Shown in pieces: positions 26,381-39,074 of a stretch of 64,000 nt of DNA (its first letter is position 1; the number at the start of each line of letters is the position of its first letter). The translations under genes and the position numbers were made by a program. The stretch spans positions 86,678,001 to 86,742,000 of the forward strand of contig CM059432.1 in NCBI GenBank assembly GCA_030390025.1, read 5' to 3'. Origin of the DNA: Squalus acanthias. Lineage: Eukaryota. Under the pieces are notes generated by a model, which was not told the origin of the DNA, ran no database searches, and was given only the letters and a program-made list of their open reading frames with translations.

Positions 26381-27650
26381 TGTCAACATGGATTTATGAA
26401 AGGGAAATCCTGTTTAACAAACCTATTGGAGTTCTTTGAGGATGTAACCAGTGGAGTAGACAAAGGGGAACCGGTAGATGTGGTGTATATGGATTTTCAG
26501 AAGGCCTTCGATAAGGTCCCACACAAGAGGTTGGTGAACAAAATTAGGGCACATGGAATTGGGGGTAATATACTAGCATGGATTGAGAATTGGTTAACAG
26601 ACAGAAAACAAAGAGTAGGGATAAACGGGTCTTTTCAGGATGGCAGGCTGTGACTAGTGGGGTACCGCAAGGATCGGTGCTTGGGCCCCAGCTATTCACA
26701 ATCTGTATCAATGATTTGGATGAGGGGACTAAATGTAACATTTCAAAATTTGCTGATGATACAAAGCTAGGTGGCAGTGTCAGTTGTGAAGAGGCTGTGA
26801 AGAGGCTTCAAGGGGATCTCGACAGGCTCAGTGAGTGGGCGAGAACATGGCAGGTGGAATATAATGTGGATAAATATGAAGTTATCTTCTTTGGTAGAAA
26901 AAACAGAAAGGCAGAGTATTTCCTAAATGGTGAAAGACTGGGGAATGCAGATGCTCAAAGGGACCTGGGTGTCCTTGTACATGAGTCACTGAAAGTGAAT
27001 GTGCAGGTGCAGCAAGCCATTAGGAAGGCAAATGGTATGCTGGCCTTCATTACAAGATGATTTGAGTACAGGAGTAAAGAAGTCTTACTCCAATTATATA
27101 GGGCCTTGGTGAGACCACACCTGGAGTACTGTGTACAATTTTGGTCTCCTTACCTAAGGAAGGATATACTTGCCATAGAGGGAGTGCAATGAAGGTTCAC
27201 GAGATTGATTCCTGGGATGGTGGGACTGTCGTATGAGAAGAGATTGAGTAAACTAGGCCTGTATTCTCTTGAATTCAGAAGAATGAGAGGGGATCTCATT
27301 GAAGCATACAAAATTATTACAGGGCTTGATAGGGTGGATGCTGGGAGAATGTTTCCCTTGGCTGAGGAGTCTAGAACCAGGGGCCACAGCCTCAAGGGTA
27401 GGCCATTCAGGACTGAGATGAGAAGAAATTTCTTCACACAGAGGGTGGTGAATCTTTGGAATTCTCTACCCCAAAGGAGGCTCAGTCATTGGGTATATTC
27501 AAAACAGAAGTCGATAGATTTCTGACTAGTAAGGGCATCAAGGGATATGGTGATAGGGCCGGTGAATGGAGTTGAGGCAGAAGGTCAGCCATGATCTCAT
27601 CGAAGGGCCGAATGGCCTACTCCTACTCCTATTTCTTATGTTCTTATTTT
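26381..27650 (+). mobile_element. CR1 LINE RT and 3' end
   Basis: QHGFMKGKSCLTNLLEFF, DFQKAFDKV, GVPQGSVLGP, FADD; stops and frameshifts. Confidence 0.93.
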
Positions 27651-28434
27651 TCACACGTAACCTGAGATCATGTCTAATTCTGGAGCCCTGCCAGCGGGGT
27701 GTGGTTTCAGTTCATTTTCTGTTCGTTGGGTTTCCAGTTCATTGCCATCCGGGGGTCCTTTCCCACTGAGGAAGGAATGTCCTGATCCCGGAATCTGCTA
27801 TGTTGGTAGCCTGCACAGGGCGAGGTGGCTACTGTAGGAACAGTGTGTCTGAGAAATCCCAGCCAAATTGGGTGGATTAATGTCCTGCAGATCCTTGTCC
27901 GGGACCACCTCCTTCCACGCAGCTGCTAATGTTTGAAGCGCTGAGGGGTGGGTAGGGGGCCGTTAGCAGCTCATCAGTACCTGATGTACTGGTGGAGTGA
28001 GATGTGGTCTTGCCTGGTGCAACTCCTGGCTTTTGTTGAATGGGGAGCCGTGCAAGCATTCAATCCCAGAGATAAGCCGTTTCTCTGCCACTATGATTGC
28101 TGGGTAAAGAGCTCCCCAATCCACAAAAGCCAATTCTTTCACCTGCTGCCACCTTGTGCTGACCTGCGTGTCCCATGTTTTAAGTTGTTAACAGACTTGG
28201 TGCTTTGAAGGCTGTCCGTAGTTCGTAATTTGCAAGTGTCCGTGATTGCAAGGGGCAGCTTGTATGTGTTCCAATGCAAGTTATTTGGGACTGTCAATAA
28301 GTGTCTGTTTATTGCAGGTGTCTGTTTTTTTGGGAGTGTCCATTAGTACAGGTTTCACTGTACTTAGATTACTGACAGCTGGTTAAAGCAGAAAGTTACA
28401 ACAGGTGGCAGTATTTTCAATTTAATATACTTAC

Positions 28435-28474
28435 CGCTCATGTCTTCTCTCGGCTCAATACTATTTTGCAAATT
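28435..28474 (-). other. Candidate 40-nt alternative exon of stau2 (phase 0 to 1)
   Basis: atttttcttctgcag|AATTTG...ATGAGCG|GTAAGT; reads NLQNSIEPREDMS(G) in frame with the 24896 exon. Confidence 0.4.
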
Positions 28475-28841
28475 CTGCAGAAGAAAAATCTGATGTGGAG
28501 CTCTGAGCATACTGACCTTTTCTATGTTCTGTGTTGCTCTTGGTCACTATCAGTTTGCAATATAAACTATGGACTCGAATTGACATATGAAAATTTAAAA
28601 GGTGACAAATTCTATTGTCCCCTGGGGGAGATGCTCCCAAGATGAGATCTACAAATGGCAACTGATAAATGTCAGTCTTCTGACAAAAAGAAACATTTGA
28701 AACATAATTCATGCTTGCAGCCAAAGGTTTGGAAATTTTTAAACAAAGAACTTTCCTCACAATATTCTCTTTTAAGGTCATCACAGCTTCACCCAGTCAA
28801 GGAGTTCTCAATCTCAAGCATGCAATCTTGAAAGCAAGAAA

Positions 28842-30116
28842 GCAAAACTTGCATTTATGTAGTGGCTTTCGTGACCCCAGGACGTCCCAAAGTGCTTCAC
28901 AGCCAACAAAAGTACTTTTGAAAAGTAGTCACTATTGTAATGCAGGAACCGCCGCAGTGAATTTGTGCACAGCAAGCTCGCAGCAACGTGATCATGACCA
29001 GATCATGGGGGAAAAATTCAGTTGATTGGCGCCTCGGGGCGCAAAGCAACTAGTGCCCGAGCGCGGCGATGTTTGCGCCGCTTGCGAAATTGACCAGACA
29101 TTTTGCGGCGTTGTTAAACACTACCACCACGATTTCCTGCGCCCGCAGATCATGATATCAGTCGAGCGTGCAACGCCCCAGTAGCTCCCTGGACCGGATA
29201 TTGAGTGGCGCCCCCTGCCTTTCCGCCTGCCACTAGCAACGACAGGTGGAGGGGAACATTTTGCAGTCGGGAAGGGGCTGGGGGAGCGCTATTTAAAGGC
29301 GGCCGCTTCCTGCCTTTTTTGTCGGCAAAATTTTTGCTACACGCAGGTTGAGACACGTCTGGAAAGATTTAACACTGTCTTAAGGAGTTTTGGCCCTTAG
29401 CACCACTTTTGAGGTTCCTAAGCGCCGAGCTCTTTCCCTGGGCCTATCCATTGGTGGTTCCAGTAGAATTGATGTACAGGTCTCTCCAAGCCGAGATTCA
29501 AGGCTGCAATGAGCAGGGTGTGGCTGGACAGCAACATTGACCTTCCCCTTTAAGAACTGGCCGGCGCCAGTCAGTCTGTGTTCCATTGCTAACTGACATC
29601 ACCTGAGCTTCGCCAGCGCTCTGAGGTAGCGCCTCGCTCCTCGACGTTAGCGCCTTAAGACAGGTGTATAGCACCTGATTTCGCTCTCCAATCACCTCCG
29701 GGGCGATGGAGGCCAAGTTTGCAGTCGGAGGCGATAATTAGTGGTGGGCGGTAAACTTTGCGCCCGACCGATAACAGCGCCCCAAACGGGGCGATATCGA
29801 ATTTCCCCCCCCCCCCCCGCCCCCATGTCTTTTAGTGATGTTGATTAACGGATAAATATTGGCCAGGGTACCGGGGATAACTCCCCTGCTCTTCTTCAAA
29901 ATAGTGCCATAGGATCTTTTACGTCCACCTGAGAGCGCAGACGGGGCCTCGGTTTAACGTCTCATCTGAAAGACGGCACCTCTGACAGTGCAGCTCTCCC
30001 TCAGTACTGCACTGGAGTGTGAGCTTAGATTTTTGTGTTCAAGTCTCTGGAGTGGAACTTCAACCCACAACGTTCTGACTCCGAGGCAAGAGTGCTACCC
30101 AACTGAGCCATAGCTG
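28842..30116 (-). mobile_element. Deu-domain SINE split by a MITE
   Basis: Reverse complement of 8371-8849 at about 28842-29006 and 29824-30116. Confidence 0.82.
29007..29823. mobile_element. Non-autonomous Harbinger-type element nested in a SINE
   Basis: Ends GGGGGAAAAATTC / GAATTTCCCCC..., probable CAT TSD, very CpG-rich, splits the SINE at 28842-30116. Confidence 0.78.
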
Positions 30117-30770
30117 AGACTCAGGACTAGCTGATTCTTGATTCCTTGGCCTTCTGATTTTAAAATTTAAATCAGATAGACAGACTTTTGAAAGATAAGG
30201 GAGTCAAGGCTTATGGGGAGTGGGCAGGGAAGTGGAGTTGAGGCCAAGATCAGATCAGCCATGATCTTATTGAATGGCGGAGCAGGCTTGAGGGGCCAAA
30301 TGACCTACTCCTGCTCCTACGTCTTATGTTCTTATGTAGATAACCACAATTATTACTCTTTGAAGGAGGAATTGCAAAATTTGGGTCAAACCTGATAACT
30401 CCCTAAGATTGTTGACTAAAAGCCAAATAAAATAGTAAGATTAAGGCCTAGAAATTCAGTATCCCCCGAAAATGGGCACGGGGATCACGATGCAATAGCA
30501 AACCACGCCCGTTCGGAGGACTGCAGGCAGCACGTAAAATTTGTGCCGCCTGCTACTTTGCATGATTGTAGCGTTCAGCCGAGCTCTGAACGCGCTGCTG
30601 AGTGGTTGAATGCTCAGCAGGAGGCCCAAGTCCATGCGAGGCTAGCTCCAATTAAAGCTAGCCTGCACTACTTAAAGGCAGACTGCACCTCTTAAAGGGG
30701 AGGTGTTGTCTGCCTGCAACAGGTGCTGGAACTGCTTGTGGAGGCTACTGTCAAACAAGCAGATGGAGTA

Positions 30771-32790
30771 ATGTCTCAACAGGCCAGAGAAAGGGTTCTA
30801 AGGCTCTTGGATGCAGGACTGGAGGCGTTGGTCCAGGAGGTCAACTCCAGGAGGGAGGTCCTCTTCCCACAGGGACTAGGAGGCCCTCCAGGCAACAGAC
30901 AAGACTGCAGTGGGAGCAGATAGCCAATGTGGTCAATGCCAGCAGTATAGCCGCGAGGACCTGGACTCAGTGCAGGAAGAAGTTTAATGACCTCACATGA
31001 GTGATCAAGGTCAGTGAATTCATCTTCAAATGCTACATCACACCATCTGCACCACTAGCCTCACACACTGCTCAATGCACCACACCCCCATCACTCATCT
31101 ACTAACAATCTCTACCAAACACGACTCATACCTCACATTCATAGCTTTACCTCACCTGCATCCACTTACCACTGTTGCAAGCCTCGCACTCACATCTCAC
31201 AGCTTGAACACACTGTCAGCTATTCAGACATGACAGGCACATCACCCAAATACGTTTCACCACACTCACTGATACAATTCCCTTTCTCTTGCAGGACAAG
31301 GTGGCACATACTCCATTACCTGGAGTACTGTGCACAGTTTTGGTCTCCATATCTAAGGAAGGATATACTTGCCTTCGATGAAGGTGCAACGAAGGTTCAC
31401 TAGATTGATCCCTGGGATAAGAGGGTTATCCTATGAGGAGAGATTGAGTAGATTGGGCCGATACTCTCTGGAGTTTAGAAGAATGAGAGATGATCTCATT
31501 GAAACATGTAAGATTCTGACAGAGATTGACCAGGTAGCTGCTGAGAGGTTGTTTCCCCTGGCTCAGCATAAGGGGTCGGCCTTTTAAGACTGAGGAGGAG
31601 GAATTTCTTCACTTGAAGGTTGTGAATCTTTGGAATTCTCTGCCCCAAAGAGCTGTGGATACTCAGTCATTGAGTATATTCAAGGCTGAAATAGATAGAT
31701 TTTTGGACTCTAGAGGAATCAAGGTATATGGGGATAGGGCAGGAAAGTGGAGTTGAGTTCGAAGATCAGCGATGATCTTATTGAATGGCGAAGCAGGCTC
31801 AACAGGCCGTATGACCTACTCCTAATTCTTATGTTCTTATAACAGATCTTAACCAGCGTGGACTGTCTCGCCCGCATCACCTCATCCCCTTGGAGGAGAC
31901 GGTGCTGGCCACTGTTGGCAGGGGCATGGCTGAGCCCGTGGCCAGCAATGGGGCTGAAGGAATACAAGATGCCGGTATCCTCGTACATTATCCTCCTTCT
32001 CACATCCCACTTCCCCCTCATCCCACAATCTCTTCTGATTTACAATCTGCACATGGTGTAAGCATGCACCTCTTCCTTTCCCGCCCTCGCCTCACCACCA
32101 CCCTACCCTTGTGCATTTCTCATTTCTGACACCCAAGAAATCCAGCCTGCCCAGCCAGTGGTGGAGAAAGAAGAGGAAGAAGAAGAACCACTGTTTCTCG
32201 ATTTCATACTCCCAGCCACCAGCTCAGATAATGACACTCCGCAAACTTTAGACGTGGGATCTGCACAAGGTAAGACACCAGCATGAGTGGCCTGAAGCCA
32301 GGGCAGGGGGAATGGGTAGCTCAGGTGCCAGATCGACGAAGAGCAAGGTCACACACAAGTTCTGCTGCACAGGACTTGATGAAGACCTTGAAGAGGCAAC
32401 CTACAGAACAAAGCTGATGGGTATGCACAATGAAATGTTTGGTGCATTGGCAGGTCTGCCAGAAAGCCTGAATGCAATATCAAGGAGCATGGAGGAGTCC
32501 AGCTCCAGCCTTGCACAGGGCTTTGGGCAGAGCTTGGAACCCATCATTTCCAGCGTGGAAGGGCTGGGGAGATCCATTAACGCACTAGTGAGCCCAACCA
32601 TGATGCTGCGTATGATGGCCGAAGTCTCAGCTTCCATTACAGCACAAGCAGAAGCCACCCAATGTCTGAGTGCTGCAATGGAAGCTCAGACTGAAGTCAT
32701 GCAAGCAGACTGCTGCCATCATGGCTGGGTTTACCAGTGTTGAAAGGAGCTTACAGGGTGTCACAGCAGTCTGTACTCCATCAGATTACT
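30771..32790 (+). pseudogene. Harbinger Myb/SANT-like DNA-binding protein remnant (spliced, interrupted by CR1)
   Basis: MSQQARERVLRL.D..LEALVQEV..RREVLFP...WEQIANVVNA...RTWTQCRKKFNDL; frameshift and stop; donor AAG|GTCAGT at 31009, acceptor near 31293. Confidence 0.82.
31316..31840 (+). mobile_element. CR1 3' fragment inserted in the Harbinger Myb gene
   Basis: LEYCAQFWSP...RRFTRLIPG; ttcttatgttcttat tail; Harbinger sequence resumes afterwards. Confidence 0.9.
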
Positions 32791-32829
32791 AGGATTGTAG
32801 GGCTCCTCCAGAATGGTCCAGGCAGCGGA

Positions 32830-33733
32830 ACCATTGCTTGTGCACCCCAATGGTCTGCTCTATGATGTTTCATGTGGCAGCATGGCTCGCATTGTACACA
32901 TGCTGGCCAGGTGTGGTTGGGTTGCGGAGCCAGGTGGTCAATGGATAGCCTTGTTGCCTAGTAGCCAGCCTCTGGTTTGTCTTGGTGCCTCAAAGACTGA
33001 GGGAACAGAGGACTGGCGCAGAATAAAAGCAGCACGACTGCTGCCAGGATACTGGGCATTCACCATCATTATATGCTGAGCATGGTCGCACGCCAACTGC
33101 ACAGTGGGTGGTAACCTTTGCAGTTGTGGTACATCTCAGCATTTAGATGCAGCGCCCGTAAAGTCATGTGCGTGCAGTCGGTGGCACCCTGCACCATGGG
33201 GAAGCCCACTATCCTGGCAAAGCCATGTGCACGCTTTGCCTACTTCGCTCTGGTCAGAGAGAAGACAATGAAGTTCCCCCTCTTGGCATAAAGAGCGTCT
33301 GTCACCTCTCTTATGCAGCAGGGAACAGTGAACTGTGAGATTTTACAGATGTTATCTGCTCCAGCCTGGAAGGATCCCGACGCAAAGAAATTCAGGACCT
33401 AAGTCACCTTCACAGCCACTGGCAGCGCTGTCCTTGCCCTGAGGTGTGGCTGCAGGTCTGGTTGCAAGAGGTGGCAGGGTTCTGTGAGCACCTCCTTCGT
33501 AAAGCGCAGACTATATAATTCTCTTAACTCACACTCTGCTCCTGGTTCAGGTTGAGGTAAGAGAATTGCTCTCGGATGTCCCTAGGTTGGTAAGTTATCC
33601 TGCTGAGAGCCCTTCTTCCCCTCCTCCTCCATCTGCGAGCAGTTTGTCCTCTTCTTCGCTGCCTATGCTTCATCTCCCTGTCTTGCTGCAGGCCAATGAG
33701 GATAACAACTAGAACACCCACAAATGGGAGCAA
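32830..33733 (-). pseudogene. Harbinger (HARBI1-like) transposase remnant
   Basis: Minus strand FARIVGFPMVQGATDCTH...YHNCKGYH...QLACDH...VNAQYPGSS..AFILRQS; frameshifted and internally deleted. Confidence 0.85.
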
Positions 33734-34439
33734 GTGGTCTGCCCAGAACTCTTAAAGTCAGAAGCAAGGTCTTCTCCACTTGCAGCAGCATTCCCTGTCA
33801 CCTCACCAACTTTAAATAACTCTAGAAAGCTCCAAACACTTCCACAAACTTACACAAAGCCAGTAGAAATAAAAAAGCAAGTTTCTTGAAAGTTGGTGAT
33901 GATTAAATAGCACTGGTGGAGGGGTGTGTCCTTCCTGCTGCTGAATGCATGTTCAGCTGTGCAAGGTTAAGAGAGGGTGCTAGCGCCAGCAGTGACGACA
34001 AAAATGTCACAATCTGCCTACTTACCATACTTCTAGCGCACAGTCCCAACAGCTGCACTACTGCCCTCACCAGGATGGCATCCAGCGCGGCCCACACCAT
34101 ATGTGAGCACACGCTGCTCGGACACCATTGTGGTCCAATTCTGCACCTGTAGCGCCCAAACAGCGGGCGCTACACAACCGAATTTCTAGGCCAAAGACTC
34201 TAGCGCGCCTCCTTTGACAACTCATGGCATGCTGTTCAATGATTTATTGGGTACATTAATCTTTGAATTGCTGTTATTTCCCAATCAAACCTGAAGATTT
34301 CTTATGAACTTATTTAAAAAACTTGAAAAAGCATGAATTTGCTCACACCTGTTTTCATCGAATTTGTGACCTGACTCAAAAAAGAAGAAAAAAAAATCAG
34401 TAGATGTCTTGACTCACAACTTTAGATCAGTGGACAATT

Positions 34440-36260
34440 CAACAACTACATTGTGCCTTTACCATAGAAAATGTCACAAAGTGCTTCATAGAGACTTAAT
34501 CAAAAAAATAGATGGTAAGCCAAGGAAGCAGATATTAGGAGGAGTGACCAAAAGCTCGAAGAGGGCGGTTTTAAGGAGGGTTATAAAAAATGTGAAGGTG
34601 GCAGAGAACTAGATGGGTTTAGGGATGGAATTCCAGAGTGTGGCCTAGGCAGCTGATGGCACGGCCAGCAATGGTGGCTGAGGGGTGGGGGAGGGGTGCT
34701 GGAATGCACAGAGTTAAAGAATCAGAGAGGCTTGGCTGGGGGGAAGGGGGTTGAGGGGAGTAGGACTGGAGGTTACATAGTCAGGGCGGAGCGAGGTCAT
34801 GAAGAGATTTAAAAACGAGGATGAGAATTTTAAATTGGTGGCATGGGGTCAATGCAGGTTATCAAGTAGCAGGGTGATGGGTGGCAGGACTTGGCACACG
34901 ATGATACAGGCAACAGAGTTTTGAATGAGCTGAAGTTCATGGAGGATGGGAGGCCGACCAGGAGAACATTGGAATAAGTAATTCTTGAGGTGACAAAGGC
35001 ATGGATGAAACTTTCAGCAGCAGATGGGCTGAGGTTGGGGAAAAAGTGAACAATATTACGGGGGTCTAAGTAGGCAGGCTTTGTAATGGGGTCCAATGGG
35101 ACGCCAAGGTTGCGAACAATCGGGTCCAGCCTCAGACAGTGGCTGAAGAGGGGAACGAAATTGGTGGCAAGGCCACGGAGTTTACAGTTTCAGTCTTCCA
35201 AATGTTTAACCATAGGAAACTGAAACTCATCCAAGACTGGATGTCGGACAAGCAGTCCGACAACACAGAGGCAGTAGGGAGAGGAGCGTAATAGAATTGT
35301 GGGAGGGGTATAGCTGAGTGTTATCAGCGTACATCTGGAAGCTGACCCAATAGCTGCATGTAATAATATCAAGGGGCAACATGTAGATGAGGAAGAGGTC
35401 AAGGACAGATTCTTGGGGGACTCCAGGACATAATGGTGCAGGTTGAGGAACAGAAACCATTGCTGAAGATGCTCTAACTACGATCCAATAGGAAAGACTG
35501 AAACCAAGTGAGAACAGCTCCAATGGACAATGGAGACGTTGGAGGACGATGGTGTTGTCATCTCTGTTCAAGGCTGCAGAGAAGTTGAGGAGAATGAGGA
35601 GGCATAATGCACCCCAGTTACAATCACAAAGAATGTCTTTTGTGACTTTGGTAAGGCCCGTTTCGGTCCAGGAACTGGGGTGGAAACCTGAGTGAAGAGA
35701 TTTAAACAGGGAGTTACGAGAAAGATGGGTATGGATTTGGGAGGTGACAACATGTTTGAGAACGATGGAGAGCAAAGGGAGGAGAAAGGGAGGTTGGAGA
35801 TGCAGCAGTAGTTCACAAGGACAGAGGGGTCGAGGGCGGATTACTTGAGGAGAGGGTTGACGATGGCAAATTTGAAAGGGAGGGGGTCAATACCTGAGGA
35901 AATAGGACTATTTGCAATGTTTGCTAGCATGGGTAGCAGGAACAAAAATCATCAGTTTAGAGGGAATGGGGTCAAGAGAGCAGGAGGTTGGTCTCATGGG
36001 TAAGGAGATCTTGGAGAGTGGGCGAGAAATGAGAGAGATGCAGGCTAAGAGCTAAGGCAGGGAGATGCTTGGATTGGTGGGCAAGAGAAGATGGGGGAAG
36101 CTACGGAGGCAGCTGAACAGATGGTTTCAATCTTAATGACAAAAAAATGCAGGAGCTCCTCGCACTTCTTGTTCGAGGGGAGGGTGGAGGAGAATGGGGA
36201 GAGAGTTCAAGGAGATGGTTGGTAGTGGAGAAAAGAAGCCAGAGATTACCTTTCATGACA
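34440..36260 (-). mobile_element. L2 LINE, degraded
   Basis: SGF.P...TETGL.KV..DIL, GVPQ.SVL, MYADNTQLY, IHAFVTSR; similar to 60027-62310. Confidence 0.85.
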
Positions 36261-37566
36261 ATTTGTTCCCTATTTAACTGGCAAAGCTGCAGAATAGACT
36301 ACAAAGTCATCCAGGCTGTCACCCTGCTCACAGTGTACAGCTCCTATAAATCTCAGTAGTCTACTGGTCATCTCTTCATTTAACATTTAATCTACAGTAG
36401 ATTGAGAAACTATATAGTAAAAATAGCACTAATTTAACCTTATAATTCTAGAACTTGCATCAAAACAAAACAGAATTGAATTTAAATCCATCCTGAAAAA
36501 TGGCTACAGAATAATCAGCAATATCACACTAATGTTCTCATACTTGCAGCACTTGAGTTATGTGATTTATGACTTTTACACTCATGAAAGAGCAGTAATG
36601 CTCCATTACTGTCAGGATATCCTTGTTATCTGCACCTCCCACCTGCAGCAAACATACAGGATACAAGACAGGATTTGGGAGTTTACCACAAAACAATAAA
36701 AAACTACTGAGCAGAAAGACATTTATCTGATTTATAAAAAGAAATAGGGAAGATAAAAATGGAGTTAAATCAAACAACTTTACCCTTAAATAGGAAACTG
36801 AAATTTGTTAAATGTGTTTATCCCTTTTCTTGGATTTATATTTGCATATTTGTTTTGTAAATTCCAGTTTTATCCCGTTTACCTCCTCCTCTCTGGCAGG
36901 TTTACACCTTGCTGGGGTAAGTTACACATTTGTCAGTGGCCCTCTGGTACCTCATCTGAGTGGTCATAAGCATTGCACATTCACAGGCTTTTAATGTGGA
37001 AGGAATTACAACTGAGTCTGACCTTGCCCTCAACTAATATCCAAAAACACATTCAAGCAGGAATCACTGAATTAAATGAAAAGCAGGAACCCCATTTAAT
37101 TTTTTTCCCACTCCCTAGCCCAAGGGTGCTGAGGCCAAGTGCACCATCTCAACAGCTGACCTGGCTGAGATCAGCTAACTCAGCACAGACCAGAAATCAA
37201 ACCTGGACATTCTGATCTGTGGGGTTTAGTGTTACAACAAGTAGTGCCTTTACCCACACAGCCATTGGAGAGCTCAAATCCTGGAAGATCAGCGCAATTC
37301 CTGGAGACTCCAGAGCAATCCTGGAGGGTTGGCAACCCTAATCCCAGGTAGGGGGGAGAGGGTCTGATTACCCCAACACCCCAGGGTAACTGGGAGCAAC
37401 AAGACCCTGTATGGGGAGAGGGTTTGATACCCCCACCCCGGGGTAACAAGGCTCTGTTTTAGGGACAGGTCTGACACCCTCCCCCATCCCAAGGCAACCG
37501 GGCCCAGTTTGGGGAAATGGGCAAAAGATCTGAGACCCCACCCAAGGTAACCAGAGCAATTGCCAT

Positions 37567-37741
37567 CAATGTTCTCTATAAGCTGCATGCATGCACGGCT
37601 ATGCAGTAATTTGCAAGGTACCGCGCAGGCCGCTCACAAGCTTTTTCCATTTGAAAAACTGTGCATGTGCAGAAATTTAAGGGGACTGCGCATTGAAATA
37701 AACAGGCCACGCACAACAAAGACAAATTAGAGGGAACATTG
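37567..37741. mobile_element. Short hAT-like MITE
   Basis: TIR caatgttctct / agggaacattg, 8-bp flanks attgccat / attgcaac; a related right end occurs at about 18886-19011. Confidence 0.65.
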
Positions 37742-39074
37742 ATTGCAACCCTCTCTGCAACTGGAATTATTATAATCACCTCTGGGTTACTTATAAACAT
37801 TTCACTAAAATGCCTTCTACACTCAAGGAGGTCCCAGCAATTATTCAGATTAGAAGAATAACTGCAAATGGTGGAGATCTAAAATAAAATCAGTATACCC
37901 TGGAAACACAATAAAATCATCAGCATCTAACTGATTAACCTTTCAGCTGAGGCAGAAATGGAGAGTCCTCACCTGTTTTCTCAGATGCTGACTGACCTGT
38001 TGTATATATGAAAAATGTTGTCATTATTTCTTAACAATTTTTTGTGTGCATGTGTGTGTGATAGATGCTGTTTGTTCTCTTCAAGTCTGAGCCTTCCTGT
38101 CTGTTGCTTTGTTCAACAACTGTCTCACTGATGCAATCTTATTGACTTATTTTTGTCAAGATGTGGGTTTGAGTTATATTAAATGCAGTGAAAATACACT
38201 GTGGTCTCTGCTAAAGGGTGTCAAACTGGGTGTTCAGTACTGCAGTGAAAATTCCTTATGCAAAAATGGTTTCTATCATATTCACATCCAGTACTGTTAA
38301 CAATACCCAGTCCCATATAGTTGTTGTTTTTCAAAATGGTAAACCATATTGTCAATAGGTGTATCGCTACTGGAACCATTATATTGTGTATGAAAAAAAT
38401 GCACTTGTCACTGCATTGCTTGTGCTAATCTAATTCAAATTACAGCCACCGCCAGTGACAGTCCTACTTGCACAGCCTCTGACATGCAAAAATGTCCCAT
38501 GTTTAAATGTACTGTATGAATTGTAAGACTTAAAAACACTAATGGAAATGGTAGACTTGCGGCTCTTGCCGATGCTGCTGATCTGTTCTTCAGCTCCCTG
38601 TTATTCAGCTCTAAATTGCCTCTCTAGGCACAACACAAATTTGGAAGTACAGAACATATAGCTATACTGCTGAATGATTTTCACAGTTCAAGTGGACACA
38701 GCATGAAAATTTCAAACACCTGCCATTTTGTTTTACTGAAATTCTAGGCTGACCTACATTTTTTTTTACCACAAGGAGCTGTTGAGGATTGATGCATTTA
38801 AGGGAAAGCTAGATAAACACAAGGGAGAAAGGAATAGAAGATTATGCTGATAGGGTTAAATGAAGAGGGGTGGGAGGAGGCTCATGTGGAGCATAAACAG
38901 CGGCATGGACCAGTTGGGCCGAATGGCCTGTTTCTGTGCTGTGCATTCTATGTAAAAACCGCATACAACAAAATATGATTAAAAGATTGGTATTCTATCA
39001 ACGTAATGCAAATATATTTAAATTGTTATACCCGTATTTAGGTAATGCTTATATGAAACTCAAACAATTAGCAT

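Larger units (their letters stand above)
30445..34192. mobile_element. Decayed two-gene PIF/Harbinger DNA transposon
   Basis: 13-bp perfect TIR GGCCTAGAAATTC (30445-57; 34180-92), flanks TAA/AAA; convergent Myb/SANT and HARBI1-type transposase remnants. Confidence 0.9.
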
